NCBI GenBank assembly: GCA_963745075.1 | Contig: CAVUWV010000033.1 | Location: forward strand, 18,451 to 82,450 | Length of the DNA stretch: 64,000 bases | Direction: 5' to 3' | DNA from: Candidatus Hydrogenedentota bacterium | GTDB lineage: Bacteria > Hydrogenedentota > Hydrogenedentia > Hydrogenedentales > SLHB01 | Part shown: positions 59,408-64,000 of the stretch, piece by piece | How the letters are laid out: every line of letters begins with the position of its first letter | Position numbering within the stretch: the first letter of the stretch is position 1 | Made by a program: the position numbers and the translations under genes | Notes under the pieces: generated by a model | Told to the model about the DNA's origin: nothing | Seen by the model: the letters and a program-made list of their open reading frames with translations, nothing else | The model's database searches: none

Positions 59408-60912
59408 TACGGTCTTTCTCCGACGGCCGGTTCAGTCGGTGTCTGTGCCAACACCCGATTCACGGCGCCGTCTGTAGTGTTCAAAACGGGTTGCGGATAC
59501 GTTCCCAGCCACACGAGGCCAAGCACAAGGATCGACACGATCGCAAGCTCCCGCAACGTCAGGTCCGGAAGGCGCCAGTGCTCGGGGTTCTGTCCATGAA
59601 AGACGCGCTGGATGATGCGTAGCGAATAGACAGCCGCTACGATCAGGCCGAGGGCTGCTATCGCCGTGATGATGGCATGTGCCTGGTACGCGCCAATTAG
59701 AACTAGAAACTCGGCTACGAAGTTACCCAATCCCGGCAGCCCTAACGAGGCCAGGACAAATATCATGGTCGCGGCGCCCAAGCGGGGCATGGTTTCCCAA
59801 AGGCCGCCAAGGCGATCGATGTCTCGAGTATGGCAGCGTTCCTGTAACATGCCGATCGCGATAAAAAGCCCGCCCGCGCTCAACGCATGACAGATGATTT
59901 GCATGACGGCACCTTGGAGCGCCATGACATTCCACGCGTAGACACCTAGGAGGATGAAGCCCATATGGCTTACGCTTGTGTACGCCACCAGGCGTTTCAA
60001 ATCCGTCTGCGAGAATGCCACCAGCGCACCATAAAGTATGCTGATGGTGCCGAGGGTCATTGCGATTGGCGCAAACGACGCCGGAACGTCCGGGAACAGG
60101 GGCAAGGCAAACCGCAGCAAGCCGTACGCACCGGCGTTTACGAGCGTTCCCGACAAGATAACGCTGCCTGCGGTGGGCGCTTCGGTGTATGCGTCGGGCT
60201 GCCAGGTGTGCAAAGGAACGATAGAAAGCTTCACGGCGAAGGCGGCGAAAAAACCCAGCATCATCCACCACGAAACACTCCGCGGTACAGTGGTTGCAAG
60301 GAGATCGGCATACCCATAGCTCAAGACACCGGTCTGCTGATAATGAAGATAGGCGAGGCCGACGATGGCCAGGAACATGAGCAGTCCACTGGCTTGCGTG
60401 AAAAGAAAGAACTTTAGGGAGGCGTAAATCCGGTTCTCATGGCCCCATATGGCGATGAGGAAATACATGGGAATAAGCATCATTTCCCAAAAGAAATAGA
60501 ACAGAAACAGGTCGAGTGCCATGAAAACACCCGTGGTGCCCGCCAACACCCATAGAAGATTCAGGTGGAAGAACCCGACCCGTCGGTCGATTTCCTTCCA
60601 CGAAATTGCTACCGCGAGGATGCCGACCACACTCGTGAGCATGACCAATAGCAGGCTCAAGCCGTCCAGGCCGAGATGAAATGTAACGCCAAAGCGTGGC
60701 ATCCACGAACACTGCACTTCCGCTATCCAATTCCCGGGGCTGCGGGAAGTCCATGCCGCACGGTTGGCCGCCCACAGCGCAATCCCAAGAACGAGTTGCA
60801 CCACCAGGGCAACGAGCGCCGTCCATCGCGCCCACGCAGGCCGGACCCGTGCGAGCAAGGCGGCAAGCAGTCCGCCAATCAATAAAACGAGTATCAGACT
60901 TGTCAATATCAT
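59407..60912 (-). CDS. nuoM: NADH-quinone oxidoreductase subunit M
   Basis: LDGLS, FWEMMLIPMYFLI, PLHTWQPDA, LGLPGLGNFVAEF. Confidence 0.95.
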   Translation of the reverse strand: MILTSLILVLLIGGLLAALLARVRPAWARWTALVALVVQLVLGIALWAANRAAWTSRSPGNWIAEVQCSWMPRFGVTFHLGLDGLSLLLVMLTSVVGILAVAISWKEIDRRVGFFHLNLLWVLAGTTGVFMALDLFLFYFFWEMMLIPMYFLIAIWGHENRIYASLKFFLFTQASGLLMFLAIVGLAYLHYQQTGVLSYGYADLLATTVPRSVSWWMMLGFFAAFAVKLSIVPLHTWQPDAYTEAPTAGSVILSGTLVNAGAYGLLRFALPLFPDVPASFAPIAMTLGTISILYGALVAFSQTDLKRLVAYTSVSHMGFILLGVYAWNVMALQGAVMQIICHALSAGGLFIAIGMLQERCHTRDIDRLGGLWETMPRLGAATMIFVLASLGLPGLGNFVAEFLVLIGAYQAHAIITAIAALGLIVAAVYSLRIIQRVFHGQNPEHWRLPDLTLRELAIVSILVLGLVWLGTYPQPVLNTTDGAVNRVLAQTPTEPAVGERP

Positions 60913-62804
60913 AAGAACAACATCAGTGCGACGACAACGATGGCGCCTATAGCGATCGTAGACGCGTACCACCGTAGCCGACCCGTTTGCGTGGCGGTCG
61001 TCAGTCGATATCCCAGACGGGTCAACCACGTAATGAAACCGTTCAGTTTGTCGAAAACATCGCCCTGATTGAGCCAGGCCAGCCGCGCGTAGGGTTGGAC
61101 AAAGCAGAAATTGTACGCGGCATCGAATCCGCACCCGCGAAGCCAGAATGCCTGGAGCCTCCGGGGTGCCAGTGGCAGGTCCTGCGCTTTAATGTCTTCG
61201 AAGGAGCGCAATAGGTACCAGCGGTAAGCGAGATAGATACCCGCGAAGACTACGGCGCTCGAAATGAGTTGCAGCACCAGTTCCGTGACGACCGCGTGCT
61301 GCGGCTCACTTCCAGCGCCGAACGTGCCTTGCAGAAACCGGGAAAACACGTGAAAACCACCCATGGTGGACGGTATCTCCACGAACCCGCCAACAACCGA
61401 CAATACGCCCAGGATGACCAGCGGAATTCGAATGACGTTGCCCGGTCTATGATCGATCGGTGTCTTGCTCTCACCGAAAAACACGAGGAACACAAGTCTG
61501 AAAGTATAAAGCGCCGTCAAGAAGACGCCCAGCACGCCCGCCGCCCATAGCCAAAAGCCGCCGTTCGGGTCCATCCACGCCCGGTACAGAATTAGATCCT
61601 TGCTGTAGAAGCCCGCCGAGATCACCGGTACCCCGGCGAGGGCGGCCGAAGCCGCCAGAAACGACCAGAACGTTATGGGGAGATGCTTGCGAAGCCCGCC
61701 CATCTCGAAAATATCCCGCTTATGGTGCTGGCTCAACGTAACCGCGCCGGCCCCCAGAAACAGGAGCGACTTAAAAAACGCGTGGACCATGAAATGCAGC
61801 ATCGCGGCAGACCAGGCGCCGACCCCAAGCGCGAGAAACATGTATCCGATCTGGCTCATGGTCGAATACGCGAGGACTCGCTTGATATCGGTCTGGGTCA
61901 ACGCACTGAACCCGGCCAGCAAAAGCGTAACCGCGCCGACAATGGCTACGAGCGTCATGGCGACGGGGGACAGCGAGAACACGACGTGCATGCGGGCAAT
62001 GAGATAGACGCCCGCTGTGACCATGGTCGCCGCATGGATCAAGGCCGAAACCGGCGTAGGTCCTGCCATGGCATCCGGCAACCAGGTCTGCAATGGGAGC
62101 TGGGCTGACTTGCCCACCGCGCCTCCGAGGAGCAAGAGCGCGGCAATGGTGGCCGCACCGGCACCTGCCGCCCACTGGGAACCGGCCGCATCGAGGATAT
62201 CCTGAATGTTCAGCGTTCCCAGGCGGGCGTACAGAAAGAAGAGTCCAATTGCCAAAGCGGTGTCGCCAACGCGGGTCACGACAAATGCCTTTCGCGCGGC
62301 CGCGCCGTTTGCCGCGTCGCGATACCAGAACCCAATGAGCAAATAACTGCACAAACCGACGCCTTCCCAGCCGAGGTACAGGAGTACGAGGTTGTCGGCA
62401 AGTACCAAGACGAGCATGGAGGCAACAAACAGATTCATGTAGGCGAAGAAGCGGCTGAATGCGTCGTCGTCCCACATGTACTCGGTCGCATAGAGATGAA
62501 TCAGAAAACCCACACCGGTCACGACCAACGCCATCACGAGCGACAGGGGGTCGAGATACAAAGCAAAGTCCGCATGGAGATTCCCGGCGCCAATCCAGGA
62601 ATAAAGGGTTTGGACATAGGCGCCATCGGTCGGAGGCGCGTGCAAGAACGAAGCGAATATCCCGAAGGCAATTATCGCCGCAAGGCCAACGGACCCGGTC
62701 CCCACGATCGCCGATGCCGTTCGTGGCAAACGCCGCCCCAACAGGCCCAAAATCAAGAAGCCCAGGAAGGGAAGCGCCGGTAACAGCCATAGCCAAGCAA
62801 ACAT
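60909..62804 (-). CDS. nuoL: NADH-quinone oxidoreductase subunit L
   Basis: WEGVGLCSYLLIGFW, GKSAQLPLQTWLPDAMAGPTPVSALIHAATMV. Confidence 0.95.
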   Translation of the reverse strand: MFAWLWLLPALPFLGFLILGLLGRRLPRTASAIVGTGSVGLAAIIAFGIFASFLHAPPTDGAYVQTLYSWIGAGNLHADFALYLDPLSLVMALVVTGVGFLIHLYATEYMWDDDAFSRFFAYMNLFVASMLVLVLADNLVLLYLGWEGVGLCSYLLIGFWYRDAANGAAARKAFVVTRVGDTALAIGLFFLYARLGTLNIQDILDAAGSQWAAGAGAATIAALLLLGGAVGKSAQLPLQTWLPDAMAGPTPVSALIHAATMVTAGVYLIARMHVVFSLSPVAMTLVAIVGAVTLLLAGFSALTQTDIKRVLAYSTMSQIGYMFLALGVGAWSAAMLHFMVHAFFKSLLFLGAGAVTLSQHHKRDIFEMGGLRKHLPITFWSFLAASAALAGVPVISAGFYSKDLILYRAWMDPNGGFWLWAAGVLGVFLTALYTFRLVFLVFFGESKTPIDHRPGNVIRIPLVILGVLSVVGGFVEIPSTMGGFHVFSRFLQGTFGAGSEPQHAVVTELVLQLISSAVVFAGIYLAYRWYLLRSFEDIKAQDLPLAPRRLQAFWLRGCGFDAAYNFCFVQPYARLAWLNQGDVFDKLNGFITWLTRLGYRLTTATQTGRLRWYASTIAIGAIVVVALMLFL

Positions 62805-62806
62805 CA

Positions 62807-63115
62807 CTAGCCTCGCAATCGGTGAAAGGTATCCGCATCAAGGGTGTGGAATCGGTGGTAGAGTTGAAGCACGAGGGCCAGCCCCACCGATACCTCGGCC
62901 GCCGCCATCGCGAGTATGAAAAGGAACATCACTTGGCCGTCCGCGTTGCCCCAACGGGCGCCGGCGGCGATGAAAGCCATCCCCGCCGCATTCAACATGA
63001 TCTCCATCGAGATAAGCATGAAGAGAATGTTGCGGCGAACAAGCAGCCCCACCAATCCAATTGCGAACAGCACGGCGGCCAGGACCAATGTATGGGAAAC
63101 GACTATGCCGGCCAT
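62807..63115 (-). CDS. nuoK: NADH-quinone oxidoreductase subunit K
   Basis: [28 protein letters not shown]. Confidence 0.95.
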   Translation of the reverse strand: MAGIVVSHTLVLAAVLFAIGLVGLLVRRNILFMLISMEIMLNAAGMAFIAAGARWGNADGQVMFLFILAMAAAEVSVGLALVLQLYHRFHTLDADTFHRLRG

Positions 63116-63619
63116 TGGCTCTCTCCTTTTCCATCCTTTATGCGTCTGCCGAGATGGTACGCCCCGACGAGGCCAGCCAAGAGAAGCATCGAACCCAATT
63201 CAACCCCCAGCAGATAGGGTCCGTAGAGCGCTGCACCCACGGCCTTGGGTGACACGGGTACAACGGACGCTGTGGAAAAGTCTCCGCGTTCGATCGCATA
63301 CAACAACTGGGCAAACAGCACGACTGCGAGGAAGCTTGGTCCCCACCACATGCGCGCATTCAGCCATTGGCGTTCCCGTTCCACGGACTCCGCGCCGGAG
63401 TGCAAAAGCATGACTACGAACATGAACAACACCATAATCGCGCCCGCATATAGGATGATTTCCAAGGCGGCGATAAACGGCGCACCCAAGACAAAAATCG
63501 ACGCGCTCGCCAACAACGACACGATGAAATACAGCAACGCATGGATTGCGTTCGTACACGTAACGACGCGGACGGTTGCCAGAACGGCAACCAGCGGCTA
63601 CATAAAACAGGATTGACAA
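63103..63619 (-). CDS. nuoJ: NADH-quinone oxidoreductase subunit J, frameshift at about 63592
   Basis: MSILFYVAA, then shifted frame [37 protein letters not shown]. Confidence 0.88.
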
Positions 63620-63631
63620 CGTCTCTACTCC

Positions 63632-64000
63632 TTACGGCAACAACGTTCGAATGTCTGCGGGCGCTTCCTCATTGACGGCTTCGCCCTTGCCCTTGCCACC
63701 AATAGCGAGGCCGGCTTCTCGATAAAAGTTATACCCCGGATACTTACCGGGGCCGCTGATCGTCAAGTCTTCCTTCTCATACACGAGGTTGTTGCGCTGG
63801 TACTCGCCCATCTCGAAATCGGGCGTCAGTTGAATGGCATAGGTCGGGCATGCTTCTTCGCAGAAGCCACAGAAAAATGCAGCGCAAAAATTGATCCGGA
63901 AGAACTCGGGATAGCGCCGGCCGTGTTCGTCCTCGGTTGCCTGCAGTGCAATACAATCTACCGGACAAACCGCCGAACACAGGTGGCACGCGACGCAACG
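63632..64000 (-). CDS. nuoI: NADH-quinone oxidoreductase subunit I (5' part outside window)
   Basis: [58 protein letters not shown]. Confidence 0.92.
   Translation of the reverse strand, partial: RCVACHLCSAVCPVDCIALQATEDEHGRRYPEFFRINFCAAFFCGFCEEACPTYAIQLTPDFEMGEYQRNNLVYEKEDLTISGPGKYPGYNFYREAGLAIGGKGKGEAVNEEAPADIRTLLP

Noticed and set aside
26..64000. Many long alternative-frame and antisense ORFs (e.g. 26-1321, 10792-12309, 32399-33976, 36273-37634)
   Set aside because: They overlap well-supported genes, are Arg/Pro/Gly-rich and lack motifs; typical shadow ORFs of GC-rich DNA

Overview
A mostly chromosomal, GC-rich bacterial window with about 50 genes. The gene content (DUF1559 prepilin/H-X9-DG protein, secreted proteins with DxDGDG repeats and IPTL-like C-terminal anchors) suggests a Candidatus Hydrogenedentes-like or PVC-like organism; this is inference only. 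It carries transporters (DMT, Zrg-like ABC with DUF3299, BtuFDC-like ABC), envelope and glycosylation genes (GT9, three GT-C membrane glycosyltransferases including a PAP2 fusion, uppP), and sugar catabolism genes (eryC-like, ROK plus PIG-L, GH172, a Gfo/Idh/MocA plus TIM-barrel cluster). It also has NfeD-flotillin, a kexin-like S8 protease, a half-length PurH, fabH, photolyase and tRNA-Ser(GCT). The glycine cleavage operon gcvT-H-PA-PB-lplA sits behind a clear ZMP/ZTP (pfl) riboswitch. After the tRNA come an IS remnant and the 3' part of an E. coli-type nuo operon. Intergenic space holds several families of small palindromic elements: a RAYT pseudogene between two inverted REPINs, a CCCCCTTGATCCCCCTTCAAAGGGGGA MITE family, an IS200 remnant inside inverted repeats, and 6- and 9-bp periodic inverted repeats. 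Five genes carry small indels that look like assembly error. No CRISPR array or rRNA was seen. No single unambiguous new system is evident. The best candidates are the ZTP-controlled gcv operon, the PAP2/GT-C fusion with a possible C-terminal sorting and glycosylation system, and the palindromic repeat families.
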